Virus record (IMG/VR): IMGVR_UViG_3300036975_000060
Strand: one strand, 5' to 3'
DNA from: a virus
Length of the DNA: 58,742 nt
In this document: positions 1-9,516 of the stretch, piece after piece
Position numbering within the stretch: position 1 is the stretch's first letter
How the letters are laid out: every line of letters begins with the position of its first letter
Notes under the pieces: generated by a model
Seen by the model: the letters and a program-made list of their open reading frames with translations, nothing else
Databases searched by the model: none
What the model was told of the DNA's origin: nothing
Program-made: the position numbers and the translations under genes

Positions 1-127
1 GGAATCTTCAATATCCCCGCCTTTTTTGATTAATTAAAGTGTCTCCTGATTAGAAGCCGAACAGACTGTAATCAAGAGGAATTATTTCTGCCCATATTAC
101 AAACTCTGTTACGCCTGTATTATCATC
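1..127. repeat. Terminal direct repeat, copy A (identical to 58616-58742); marks a circularly closed contig
   Basis: Direct comparison: the first 127 nt, ggaatcttcaatatccccgcc...tattatcatc, recur exactly as the last 127 nt of the window. Confidence 0.95.
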
Positions 128-583
128 ATTGAACTCAATATCAATAGAGCCATTGGTTTCAAAGATTACTTCACCCATAAACAGATCGTCAGAAGCTTCA
201 CCAATAGAGCCTGTCATGGTGTAAGTTCCGGCAGCAGCATTAAGATCTCCGCCGTCGATCCAGGTGTCTATGTTCTGGCCTTCATTTGTTTCAGTAGATG
301 ACTGGACTCCGACATCGATAGTACACTGAGCGCCCTCTGCTGTAATAACATATAGCCCGACACCCCTTACAACCGTGCCCTTTGGTACCCAGAATATCTC
401 AAGGATATCACCATCGGCAAACCCGGTAGAGGGCAATGCAACCCCTACGTTCGGAGCCGATGTAAGCGCAAGGCCGGAATTGGAGCCAGCAGCTATTAAA
501 TCGGGAACGCTGATTTTTTCCTGGTAGACATTCCCAAACTGAGGCAGAGCATATCCCGCCCCTTTCTTTTGATATGTAGCCAT
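50..583 (-). CDS. Virion structural protein immediately downstream of the major capsid gene (possible capsid decoration or auxiliary protein)
   Basis: 177-aa ORF with an AAGGAG RBS upstream of the ATG. Position is directly after the MCP. Gly/Thr/Val-rich composition looks beta-rich. No named motif recognised. Confidence 0.5.
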   Translation of the reverse strand: MATYQKKGAGYALPQFGNVYQEKISVPDLIAAGSNSGLALTSAPNVGVALPSTGFADGDILEIFWVPKGTVVRGVGLYVITAEGAQCTIDVGVQSSTETNEGQNIDTWIDGGDLNAAAGTYTMTGSIGEASDDLFMGEVIFETNGSIDIEFNDDNTGVTEFVIWAEIIPLDYSLFGF

Positions 584-632
584 AATATTTACTCCTTTTT
601 AAAATTAAGCCCCGTTGCCAGGGCGTTAGTTA

Positions 633-1562
633 TTAGTCATTAACAAAGTGACAGTACATATCGCCCAGTAATTCCGATTTTACTACCTTGTAACCGAAAT
701 CGTTGAAGCCTGAACATACCTTGCCCCTGATTTCCACATCTTCGCCGATCTTGAGTTCGTCAAGCTGAGAAGCATAACAGGTGCCCTCTTTCTGCCCAAA
801 AAGAACATGAAAGCAGGTATAAGTATCTGAAACACTTGTTAATGTAGTTACCTTGTAAACGCTCATACCGGAAAGAGGCATTACACCCATCCAGCCGTTT
901 TTCGCTACGGGCTCACCATCTTTGTAAACAGCTGAATCCTTGAGATCGCCCTTCTGATACAGGTTAGCCATAGCCGGAGGAACAATTATAAATCTCTGAT
1001 TCTGCGGCGCTTTCTGTTCATCAAGCACAGTATTACAATCGACTGTTTTCTCATAGACGTTTACTTTTGAAATGGCCACGGATGCGGCAGTCGCTCCCAG
1101 GTTATACCCGGCCGTCTTTGCCCCTGCTGTGGCACCTGCGTTTGATGCATGGACATCAGCGTAAATATCAGCAAAAATCGCTGTCTCGATGTTATCATTC
1201 ATCGTTCTGCCGCCGTGCTCGGCAAACTCTCCCTGCAGGTCCAGGTCACTCTGGAACTCGTCAACCCTGTCAATCACGAAAGAGAAATACTTTTCGTGGT
1301 CGATTGATACGTTGATCGGGTCATTATCAAGGTTCTGGATAATAACCCTTCCGTTTTTAGCACGGTCCCGGATGGTGATCGTCGGGAGGGTTCTTACGAT
1401 AATAGCATCTCCGCCCTTTTTTAGCTCCCCGAGATAATTGTTGTTGGTTACTTCTTTCAGACAAGTGGTTTCATACAGCTCAACCAGCATCATCTTACTA
1501 AAATAGGTGGGTACATAATTACCTGAATATTGCGGCGTCCCCGCTGTTGCTCCAATAGACAT
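633..1562 (-). CDS. Major capsid protein (HK97-fold type inferred)
   Basis: 309-aa ORF with a GAGGAG RBS. It directly follows a coiled-coil scaffold-like gene and lies downstream of portal and terminase. Size and composition are typical of podoviral coat proteins. Confidence 0.7.
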   Translation of the reverse strand: MSIGATAGTPQYSGNYVPTYFSKMMLVELYETTCLKEVTNNNYLGELKKGGDAIIVRTLPTITIRDRAKNGRVIIQNLDNDPINVSIDHEKYFSFVIDRVDEFQSDLDLQGEFAEHGGRTMNDNIETAIFADIYADVHASNAGATAGAKTAGYNLGATAASVAISKVNVYEKTVDCNTVLDEQKAPQNQRFIIVPPAMANLYQKGDLKDSAVYKDGEPVAKNGWMGVMPLSGMSVYKVTTLTSVSDTYTCFHVLFGQKEGTCYASQLDELKIGEDVEIRGKVCSGFNDFGYKVVKSELLGDMYCHFVND

Positions 1563-1615
1563 AATTAAATTCTCCTCTCAAAATGGTTATTATAGGCGGG
1601 AACACTCATAAAAAC

Positions 1616-2695
1616 CTATCTTGCTCCCTGCCTTTGTTGTTCTTCATAGGTCCTGACTAATTTTTTGTATTCCTGAGTAGTGATTTTATCGGCCCTCATC
1701 ATTTTTTCTGCAATGTCTAAGTCTTCCATCGTGACTATTTTGGAGCTTTCAGAGCCTCCTCCGCCACTGCCTGAACCCGCTCCACGCCCGGGAGATATTA
1801 TCCTGCCACCATCTCCGCCTTTTCCTCCGCCATTGTTTTCTATAAGTGACTCAAACTCTTTCACTATTGACACAAGTGCTTCAGAATTCAATGATCGTAT
1901 AGCATTCATAGCCTTTGTACGATACTGCATCATCTCTGAGTCAAACCCATCAAGGAAGTTAGTCCACCTGGGATCTCCACCTTTGCCGTTTTCGTCCCCG
2001 TTATACTCATAAAACTTTGGGGCCGCGGCATCAATGGCGCGCCAGAAACTGTCAGAAGATGTTTTCTTGAACTCCTGAGACGTCTGTGTGGCTGTGTCTT
2101 TGACAGACGTAAACTCCTGCTTAAGGCTTTCGTTCTCACTTTTTAGCCTTGTGTTCTCCTGTTTCAGCAGGTCAGCATCTTCAATAACTGAATTCAATGT
2201 ACCTATTATTTTCTGGATTCCTTCGTCGTAATTTTCAAAATCATCCAGATCCAGTTTTGAATACTTAGTGGCCTTATGGACTTCTTTCTCTTCTTCCTTG
2301 GGCTTCTTGCCTGCGCTTAATTCTTTAATGAGCGTGTTCTGGTTTTCGATGGTTGCCTGGAAACCTTTCAATGATTCTCTCATTTCCCTCAACTCTGCAT
2401 GGAGTTTAGGCACTTCTTTGTCATACTTGGCTTGCAGAACATCATATTTTTGCTTGAAACCGTCGTCTTTCTGGGTGCCGTCGTTTTTAACTCGTTCGGC
2501 CTCCGGAATACGGTCTCTTACAAACTGCCCGCCTTCATCACCTGGTTTCAGGTTTTGGTCATCATCTCCAGGGGGAGTATCAGGATTTAGCTGATCCCCT
2601 TCGCCAGGCGGCAATCCGCCATTAGCTCCCTGTTTTTTCAATTCTTCTGCTTCTTTTTTGGTTTTCCTGATTTTTGCCATTAAATCATCTGTCAT
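1616..2695 (-). CDS. Scaffolding protein
   Basis: Highly charged, K/E-rich coiled-coil protein with a Gly-rich C-terminal part, immediately upstream of the MCP. Start moved to the second ATG (2695), which has a GGAGGA 6-7 nt upstream; the ATG at 2707 has no SD. Confidence 0.6.
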   Translation of the reverse strand: MTDDLMAKIRKTKKEAEELKKQGANGGLPPGEGDQLNPDTPPGDDDQNLKPGDEGGQFVRDRIPEAERVKNDGTQKDDGFKQKYDVLQAKYDKEVPKLHAELREMRESLKGFQATIENQNTLIKELSAGKKPKEEEKEVHKATKYSKLDLDDFENYDEGIQKIIGTLNSVIEDADLLKQENTRLKSENESLKQEFTSVKDTATQTSQEFKKTSSDSFWRAIDAAAPKFYEYNGDENGKGGDPRWTNFLDGFDSEMMQYRTKAMNAIRSLNSEALVSIVKEFESLIENNGGGKGGDGGRIISPGRGAGSGSGGGGSESSKIVTMEDLDIAEKMMRADKITTQEYKKLVRTYEEQQRQGAR

Positions 2696-2788
2696 TTTGT
2701 CCTCCATCGAGCCGACTTTACGGTCTTCGATTTTTTTATGCTCATGGGAGCTTATTCCGTCCGGCCAGTCTTCCCATGTCGCGTATAT

Positions 2789-2866
2789 AAAAAAGCCCCT
2801 TCGGATCGTTTAAGATCATGATCACATTTGATCATATTTGATCTTATTAGATCCAAAGAGGCTTAG
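2789..2866 (-). terminator. Long hairpin with T-run on the minus strand (Rho-independent terminator-like) upstream of the scaffold gene
   Basis: Segments 2793-2807 and 2850-2864 pair over 15 bp. The two mismatches become G.U pairs only in minus-strand RNA. Minus-strand sequence after the stem is GGGGCTTTTTT. Inner pairs TAAGATCA/TGATCTTA extend the helix. Confidence 0.55.
2804..2853. repeat. Phased GATC array: 6 GATC sites in 50 bp, four of them exactly 10 bp apart
   Basis: GATC starts at 2804, 2814, 2820, 2830, 2840 and 2850. The units are GATCACATTT / GATCATATTT / GATCTTATTA / GATCCAAAGA. Confidence 0.9.
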
Positions 2867-2928
2867 TTTTAAGCGTGTTTGGCTTCCCTTATCCGAGTCC
2901 GTGGAGTGGGGTTAAGGGGTTATGCTGT

Positions 2929-3099
2929 TTACAATAAATGTTTTGATATGCTTATAACCTTATCAATTTGGGCCTGAATTTCAGCCATTGTTTCTACAAT
3001 GGATTTTCCATATATTGAAGGTGATTCTATTTTTGTTATTTTATCTATTGTTATAGTGTCAACCTTCGTTTTTTCATTCCTTAGATCATATTCAATCAT
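2929..3099 (-). CDS. Small hypothetical protein (56 aa)
   Basis: Below the ORF-track threshold. Its ATG overlaps the upstream stop as ATGA (3096-3099). Translation is MIEYDLRNEKTKVDTITIDK... Confidence 0.4.
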   Translation of the reverse strand: MIEYDLRNEKTKVDTITIDKITKIESPSIYGKSIVETMAEIQAQIDKVISISKHLL

Positions 3100-3647
3100 G
3101 ACACCACCTTAACCAGTTCCATCCAATTACTCTGAATGAACCACTTACCAAACGCCGGCACTATTACATGCGGGGTCTGATAATGACCGCCCTTCCTGCG
3201 GTATGGAGCACTGATAAAATAGGCTATCTCATTATGATGATAGAAATAATGCCCGGTACGCCATGCATTTATTGCATCATTGTACTTCCGGTCCTCAATT
3301 TGGATATCTGCTTCCTTCAGCTTTATATCCAGCATTTTAGCTGCATAGAGCTTCCGGTAATCAACTTGCCCTCTCATCTGGGGAGGACATTCATTGATCA
3401 CCTGCTTTATAGGCAGTGAATCCAAAGGCATTTGCATTGCCCTGTTAATGGTGCCGTTTTTATCGACTCCCATTTTCACACATATAGCCTGCATGGTTTC
3501 GTTTGTCCACATCAGGGCATCTTTGAGGTTTTCAAACATGTATTCCTTACACTTTTTGGTAACCAAGGTAAGGTTATCAATGTCTGTTTTCTTCATCTCC
3601 CCGAAGGTCATCTTGTCTGTTGCGTCTCTGCGCCAGTCTTCAGCCAT
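3096..3647 (-). CDS. Hypothetical protein
   Basis: ORF 3096-3680. Start placed at ATG 3647, which has GGGAGG 7 nt upstream and overlaps the upstream stop (ATGGCTGA). Confidence 0.6.
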   Translation of the reverse strand: MAEDWRRDATDKMTFGEMKKTDIDNLTLVTKKCKEYMFENLKDALMWTNETMQAICVKMGVDKNGTINRAMQMPLDSLPIKQVINECPPQMRGQVDYRKLYAAKMLDIKLKEADIQIEDRKYNDAINAWRTGHYFYHHNEIAYFISAPYRRKGGHYQTPHVIVPAFGKWFIQSNWMELVKVVS

Positions 3648-4326
3648 TGGTGACCTCCCGATTAATCCCCATATTAGCAATTAAATTGGCACTCCTTATG
3701 ATACCATTTCTTTGAGCTGCTTTATCGCAACCATTACCTTTTAATTCTCCGGGCTCTATAAGTTTGCTTATTTCTTTCCAAACCTTCGTCCTTTCATCCA
3801 TGCGAATTATTTCGGCCATCTGCTTGGCTATGGTTTCGTCAGTCGTCTTTTTTACTTCTTCAGCAAGTGCCCGGGTTGCTGACTCAAACCATTCATCTCT
3901 GATATCCTTAGCCCTTCCCTTTTTAGGAACAAATGTCTCCAAATAGTTTAAGAGGTGTTTATCAAGGATGTCCACCAAATGAAGGTCGTCAGTCCAGTCA
4001 AGGTCTCCATATTCTTCGCATTCCGACCGGAGGAACTTAATCACATCCTCACGCTCTTTTTGACACATCTTAAGTTCGCTGTCCTCATGCGCCCTTGCCT
4101 CAGCTTCAGCCTTAGCCTTTTCGGCTTGATACTTTTGATAAGCCGCTGACTGAGTATAGCTCTCAAAAACATCTTTGACATACTCGCCCAGCCTCTTTTC
4201 ACCTATTGGAATAAAGGTTTTAGATATAGCTTCATTTGGCTTATATCGCCTAAATAATATTCCATCAACCTGAATAAATTCTACATCGTTGATGTTTATG
4301 GAATCATCCAACCATATATCTATCAT
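3640..4326 (-). CDS. Hypothetical protein (charged, helical)
   Basis: 228-aa ORF with a GGGAGGTG RBS; its start overlaps the upstream stop. Confidence 0.6.
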   Translation of the reverse strand: MIDIWLDDSININDVEFIQVDGILFRRYKPNEAISKTFIPIGEKRLGEYVKDVFESYTQSAAYQKYQAEKAKAEAEARAHEDSELKMCQKEREDVIKFLRSECEEYGDLDWTDDLHLVDILDKHLLNYLETFVPKKGRAKDIRDEWFESATRALAEEVKKTTDETIAKQMAEIIRMDERTKVWKEISKLIEPGELKGNGCDKAAQRNGIIRSANLIANMGINREVTNG

Positions 4327-4607
4327 AGTTGCACCTCCCGCCCCTGCTCATCAACATAGACCGGGATACCGAGCATCCGGATAAAGGCCCTGTCTCTTTT
4401 GCGGGTGTCTACTACTTCGTAATAGATACCCTCAAGTTTAAACTGAAAGTTTCTTTTCATTGGGTTATATTTAGAAGGTACTTTTTTATAGCCCTTCAGC
4501 GTTAACTTTCTCTCACCTGAGGCGTTTACCTCTTCATTAATCGTCTGACCTTCGTCAGATTCAAGCTCTTTGCTTTCGATTTCCGCTGTCTCTTCCATCG
4601 GATTCAT
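4323..4607 (-). CDS. Hypothetical protein
   Basis: 94-aa ORF with an AAGGAGAG RBS. Confidence 0.55.
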   Translation of the reverse strand: MNPMEETAEIESKELESDEGQTINEEVNASGERKLTLKGYKKVPSKYNPMKRNFQFKLEGIYYEVVDTRKRDRAFIRMLGIPVYVDEQGREVQL

Positions 4608-4694
4608 TAGATTTTCTCTCCTTTTAAAAGTTTTTCCAGGAGCCTGACTGTTAATTTCAGGCCCCTGATAATTGCCGTGACTATATCTCGATTA

Positions 4695-5195
4695 TTAATT
4701 TCTACTTTGTTTTGTTCCATAACCGTACAATAGCCCGTCTTTTGTCCGCATTAAACTTGATAATTTACTGTGATTCGTGACATCACCTCCTATTCCCCTG
4801 GCATACCCTATCCAGAATTCACAGCTTGGTTTTTGATGCCGGTATTCGGTCCCTTCAAGCATGTTTATTCCGTAAAGATGAATATCATTATATTCTTCAA
4901 ATAAGGCCAATGCAATAGCATAATCAACTGTACTGCCAAAGTAATCGGTATTAAACCAGTTAATAACATCAGGTAAAGGGTAATTCTGCAGGTCAATATA
5001 TTCGATTTTAAGGGATTCAGCGATCTTTCTCGCTTTATGCGCTTCTTTTTCTTCGACATCTCCCCATAATCTATAATCGTTCATGTCAATTACTCTATCG
5101 ACTTTGCGTTTACAAATGAGCTGGGTAATGCCCCAGCAATTATCTTCTGGGGCATCTTTCCAACCTGATCCTTTTCCGACGATATTAACTCTCAT
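4695..5195 (-). CDS. Hypothetical protein with a Rossmann-like N-terminus
   Basis: 166-aa ORF starting MRVNIVGKGSGW (beta-strand then Gly-rich loop), with a later hydrophobic stretch followed by HLYGINM. The pattern recalls nucleotide-sugar or transferase-like folds, but I cannot name a family. Confidence 0.5.
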   Translation of the reverse strand: MRVNIVGKGSGWKDAPEDNCWGITQLICKRKVDRVIDMNDYRLWGDVEEKEAHKARKIAESLKIEYIDLQNYPLPDVINWFNTDYFGSTVDYAIALALFEEYNDIHLYGINMLEGTEYRHQKPSCEFWIGYARGIGGDVTNHSKLSSLMRTKDGLLYGYGTKQSRN

Positions 5196-5202
5196 TTAAT
5201 TC

Positions 5203-6141
5203 CTATGTGGTTGTATCAACAACCGGATAAAGAACATTGGCGATATTGTCGGCTGTAAGATAATTCCGGGCCCCAAGCTTTGGGTTAGCGTCAACAGCTT
5301 CTGCGTATCCTGCAGTAACGGCAACATCACTGATGAAATCATTCCCGACATAGTGAAACAGGTCTGAATTATCATCAAAAACCAGTGTGGCGGCTTCAAT
5401 GCTGTTATTCCTTAACCATGCTTCCCATGATGTCGTTGTACTTGCATTAACGATTATACCCGCTGCCGCAGATCCTGACATGACATTGTTTTCAATCCTT
5501 GCTCCGCCAGCTTCACCGGCCCCGAATGAAATGTAAGAAGTCGCGAAAGCTCCCTTGAATTCGCAATCGAACACCCCAAGGAAAGGCATTGCTGTCGCCA
5601 AAATACCGCTGGTTACGGTTCCGAGAGTACCATCAAAGCAACAATCATGAAACTGAACCCCACTTGCACTGTTTGCCCCGGCAAGAGTAAATATTGCCGA
5701 TGCCGTGGCATCCGCCAGAAAGTGCATGTTAAAAAATCTGGTTCCATAACATTCTGCTGCTGAACTGTGATTTCCGGAAAGACCGCACCTGGTATAACCG
5801 TCATATGATCCAACCCCGATTATATCGCACTTTGTAGGTAACTGGGTCAATGTTTCGTCAAGGGCATCACCACAACAGAATATTCTGTTCCGTCGCGCCC
5901 ACCATCGGTTAGCAGAAAGAGCGATACTCGTATTGCTGGCCGCTATTGCTTCGGCTAATGTCTTATAAGGGCTAAAGCCACCTTTTCCCCAGCTTGTTCC
6001 TTCACCAGAAGCTGAGGCATTACCATCGACAAAATAGTCCATTCCTCCGTGTGGATTGGCCCCGGGAGTGATATCTCTACCCATCGGGTCCAGAATTCTT
6101 TTAACTGTTAATTCATAAATTGATCTCGTTATGTCTCTCAT
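5203..6141 (-). CDS. Right-handed beta-helix (pectate-lyase-like) protein without a signal peptide, located in the head module
   Basis: N-terminal segment YFVDGNASASGEGTSWG...PYKTLAEAIAAS matches the usual start of pectate-lyase-fold proteins. Gly/Ala/Asn/Thr-rich periodic repeats follow. Start placed at ATG 6141, preceded by AAAGGAGGA. Confidence 0.6.
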   Translation of the reverse strand: MRDITRSIYELTVKRILDPMGRDITPGANPHGGMDYFVDGNASASGEGTSWGKGGFSPYKTLAEAIAASNTSIALSANRWWARRNRIFCCGDALDETLTQLPTKCDIIGVGSYDGYTRCGLSGNHSSAAECYGTRFFNMHFLADATASAIFTLAGANSASGVQFHDCCFDGTLGTVTSGILATAMPFLGVFDCEFKGAFATSYISFGAGEAGGARIENNVMSGSAAAGIIVNASTTTSWEAWLRNNSIEAATLVFDDNSDLFHYVGNDFISDVAVTAGYAEAVDANPKLGARNYLTADNIANVLYPVVDTTT

Positions 6142-6229
6142 GACAAATCCTCCTTTGTGCATCCCTGCGTTATCGATTCCCCACTACGCCTTTACTACAT
6201 ATCGCCCTATGCGATATAGCGGAGGGTGC

Positions 6230-6451
6230 TTATTTCCTCTGTATAATTTCGCTCAGCTCTTCCAGGAACTGAGCTACACCCTGGGCTCTATACTGCTGTA
6301 TACCCTTCGTGTTTACACATAATTTAATCGCGTTCTTTTCGACGAGTGAAAGCATTTTCAATATTCCTTCGGTTCCCCGGCCTTCTTTCAGGCTTTCAAT
6401 GTGATGCAATTCCACATCGGTCAACTCTGTTGTTGGTATCCAGTTAGGCAT
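6230..6451 (-). CDS. Hypothetical protein
   Basis: 73-aa ORF; its start overlaps the end of the portal gene. Confidence 0.5.
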   Translation of the reverse strand: MPNWIPTTELTDVELHHIESLKEGRGTEGILKMLSLVEKNAIKLCVNTKGIQQYRAQGVAQFLEELSEIIQRK

Positions 6452-8615
6452 TAACCATCATCCTTCCAGGCTCATTGCCTTTCTGCCCTCCGGCGTTATC
6501 CATAAGAGCGCCTTTTTTAACATTCCTTAATCCTGCATTTCCACCGGCTGTCTCTGGCCCTGCGCCTCCGGTCAACTGGTCTATCTGCATCATAAGACGC
6601 TGAATCATGGCGTCTTTATCCTCACGCATAGCCATCTCATCATCACTCGGAACGATATCATTATCATATTTAAGACCTGCTGCATTTTCCCTGAGCATAT
6701 TTGCCCTGCCACGTTTCCCAATGATATCCATGTCATACGGATTTGCTGTAGACTCTTGGAATTCATTCCTTCTGAGCTGTAACTGCTCCTGAGCAATGAT
6801 GTAATCAGAAGCCCTGGCCCGGATAGCCACGTCCCCAATCTTAGGCACATCGTCATCAAACAGCATAACGCTTAGCCAGTGCTCATAAATAACCTTTTTA
6901 ACGATATTGTCATCAATGCCCATAACGACATTACGCATCATGGCATTCATGTTATTGATCTGCATAGCAAAACCGGAGCTTGTTTTGTGCGCGTCATCGG
7001 TTCCACCAGATACATAATCCGGAATTCCGGTTGTTTCGGAGGCCTGCTTTGCAAAGTACTCATATACTTCCAGGAAAACATTTGAAAATGGGTTAAACTC
7101 AGTCAGGTAAACTGCCTGAGCAGGGCTATTAACATCTGACCGCGTTTTAATCAGCATCCATGGCCTGATATTGGTCGGGTTTTCCCCGGGCGCCAGCCTG
7201 TCCCAGATTATTTCCATGATAGGGCCGGAAGCAAACGCCATTCTATTAAACAGTGCTCTTGCACACGCATTACAGGCTTTTTGCTCTGAAGCCATAAGCA
7301 TTGGAGGACTCTCGCCCCATATACTGTCATTATTATACGAAAAGGAAGCTGCGAAATAGGGATTATGGCCAAGAGGATGATTGTTTAGTCTTGCCATTAT
7401 TATCCAGTCACCAATAAGCCAAGCAGTGATATGATAGGCGAATTCAGGTTTATCAATCTTATCCTCAGACATTCCCCAATCAATCAGAGCTTTACCTTGG
7501 ACAGAACCCCAGTATTCTATGGCATCAATCTGTGGGTCGGGGTCGGTCTCTGCAAGGGGCCTTCCCTCGGCATATTCGCGGGAGGTGTCTCCTGATAACC
7601 ATTCCCTTAAACCTCCCTGCCCGTATTCCAGTAAAACGGCCCGGATTGCTTCATCGTCGTACCCATCAACTCCGATCAATGATTGAAGCTTAAACAGTCT
7701 CAATCGATGTTTTTGTATAAAAGGCCCGTCATGTATATTCTTTGCTCCAGGAGCTGGGAAGGCATCATAAGGACTTACTCTGTCATATTGCCGTTGTAAC
7801 TTATTGATTGTAATGTGCTTTTGAATATTGTCGTCAAACTTCATGGCCGGAGCCATTCTGTTAATGGGGCCTTTCAGAAAAGCGGTAGGGAAAATAGAAA
7901 TATCATTTATGACCTTTGCCAGCTCTTCATAGAAATTTCCCTCCAGAAGCTGATCCTCGACATATTTCTCAAGTATTTCAGTCTGGACCTTTGCCTGTTT
8001 ATAATTCTCAGTCATGGTCTTTTTCTGGAGTTCGGCCTGCCTGTTTTTTACCTGGTTCTCATCGATAGCATCGTAATTGTAACCATCTGCTACCATAACT
8101 TCTGTTGATTCTCTTATAATCTGCTCTTGTATTTCAACCCTTGTCGCCTCCGGGAGTTCGGGTACCGGACTGGGATCAAAACCCCATGGCTTTTCAACAC
8201 CTGCAGGAAGGAGAGTATTCTTCAGGATTGCTTCACATGCCCTGCTTTTATCATTTGTCAGCATCATGTAAAGCTCTGATCCGCCTGGCGTGGCTTCTCT
8301 GATCTTTGCCAGATCCTGCGGGTCATACTTACCTTTCCGGGCCCTAAGGCATGAATCAAGCAGATCATCAATTCCAGCTGATGTCTTTGCAGTCTTGGCA
8401 GCTTCAAAAGCTTTTCTGACATGGCCTGCCAGCATAGTCGGGAGTCTTTGGCTCTGATCTTCCCTGACTTTGTTCAGAAGTTCCCGGATGCGTTTCTCGT
8501 AAGCACTTCCTGGGACTTTCTTTTCCGACTCTCTGATCATTTCCCTGGACATTGGAGGGATCGGCTCAGTTGCATTAGTGGCTGCTGTTCGAGTTTTATA
8601 GATATCTGATATCAT
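6444..8615 (-). CDS. Portal protein
   Basis: 723-aa ORF located between terminase and the scaffold/capsid genes. Size is typical of podoviral portals. C-terminal tail is Gly/charged-rich. Confidence 0.7.
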   Translation of the reverse strand: MISDIYKTRTAATNATEPIPPMSREMIRESEKKVPGSAYEKRIRELLNKVREDQSQRLPTMLAGHVRKAFEAAKTAKTSAGIDDLLDSCLRARKGKYDPQDLAKIREATPGGSELYMMLTNDKSRACEAILKNTLLPAGVEKPWGFDPSPVPELPEATRVEIQEQIIRESTEVMVADGYNYDAIDENQVKNRQAELQKKTMTENYKQAKVQTEILEKYVEDQLLEGNFYEELAKVINDISIFPTAFLKGPINRMAPAMKFDDNIQKHITINKLQRQYDRVSPYDAFPAPGAKNIHDGPFIQKHRLRLFKLQSLIGVDGYDDEAIRAVLLEYGQGGLREWLSGDTSREYAEGRPLAETDPDPQIDAIEYWGSVQGKALIDWGMSEDKIDKPEFAYHITAWLIGDWIIMARLNNHPLGHNPYFAASFSYNNDSIWGESPPMLMASEQKACNACARALFNRMAFASGPIMEIIWDRLAPGENPTNIRPWMLIKTRSDVNSPAQAVYLTEFNPFSNVFLEVYEYFAKQASETTGIPDYVSGGTDDAHKTSSGFAMQINNMNAMMRNVVMGIDDNIVKKVIYEHWLSVMLFDDDVPKIGDVAIRARASDYIIAQEQLQLRRNEFQESTANPYDMDIIGKRGRANMLRENAAGLKYDNDIVPSDDEMAMREDKDAMIQRLMMQIDQLTGGAGPETAGGNAGLRNVKKGALMDNAGGQKGNEPGRMMVNA

Positions 8616-8806
8616 TATAATATCCTTAACTTTTTTAAGAGCCAGTTTAATATTTTATATTTGTGTATTTCATATCTAGCTTTTTTATATTGCTGGAAAA
8701 ATGTATCTCTCATTGGATCCCAATAGGCTTTATTTCCTAAATGTTCAACGGCCAATGCTTCATACTTGCCTTTCCTTAATATCCTTATAACTTCTATGAT
8801 TGTCAT
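8615..8806 (-). CDS. Hypothetical protein
   Basis: 63-aa basic ORF, translationally coupled on both sides. Confidence 0.45.
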   Translation of the reverse strand: MTIIEVIRILRKGKYEALAVEHLGNKAYWDPMRDTFFQQYKKARYEIHKYKILNWLLKKLRIL

Positions 8807-9516
8807 ACGAAAAACCCACTTTCACGCGAAGGCGTAGAATCTTTTGAATAAATCGACGGCTTGTAGAATCGATTAGCTTCCAGTTTATAGACATTCCCGG
8901 GCTTGCACACCGGTAAAATATCCCTTTCCATGCCTGCCAGTATAAACCTGAGAGCATGGAAAGCATACAGTTCAGGTCCTTCCAGGGTCTGCTTAATATC
9001 CTGAGTGTTCCGCTGATCCCTGATGCCTAAGTCATTTAACTGCTTAAAAAATATACTGTCATCTGGACAATTGATAGCAGCATCTTTGATATATTGAGTG
9101 ATAAGAGATATGCCATACAACACATCATTTGCTGATGGCGCCGGCAATAATCTCCATGGTGCGTGAGTTTTTATCCCGGATTGATGAACATTTGCGAAAA
9201 ATCCGTCCTTTTTCTCTTTTCTGTCAACATAAACATACTCAACATGGTTGACTAAGGCACTGTCAATAAAGCTGGTTATAAGCTCGGCCTGTGAAGGGCT
9301 TTCCATTTCTTTAATAAATATGAGTTTGAATAGCCCGGATTTGGTCTGCTCGAACTGGATTCCAACAGTTAAATAATATCCTGGGATAAACCCGACAGGA
9401 GCGATCAATGCCGATGCAACGGCCATTGCATACGTTGATGATTCTCCGCCTGCATCGTTGAGATAGTCAACAATGTAACCGCCTCCGCCCCGTTTTATGA
9501 GCTTGAATTCTTTCAA
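8803..9516 (-). CDS. Hypothetical protein between TerL and portal
   Basis: 237-aa ORF with overlapping start and stop codons on both sides. No motif recognised. Confidence 0.55.
   Translation of the reverse strand: MKEFKLIKRGGGGYIVDYLNDAGGESSTYAMAVASALIAPVGFIPGYYLTVGIQFEQTKSGLFKLIFIKEMESPSQAELITSFIDSALVNHVEYVYVDRKEKKDGFFANVHQSGIKTHAPWRLLPAPSANDVLYGISLITQYIKDAAINCPDDSIFFKQLNDLGIRDQRNTQDIKQTLEGPELYAFHALRFILAGMERDILPVCKPGNVYKLEANRFYKPSIYSKDSTPSRESGFFV

Noticed and set aside
8803-9516. The 237-aa ORF after TerL as a split-off terminase nuclease domain.
   Set aside because: The 552-aa TerL already contains both the ATPase motifs and the acidic nuclease-domain motifs. The 237-aa protein shows no matching Asp triad that I can recognise.
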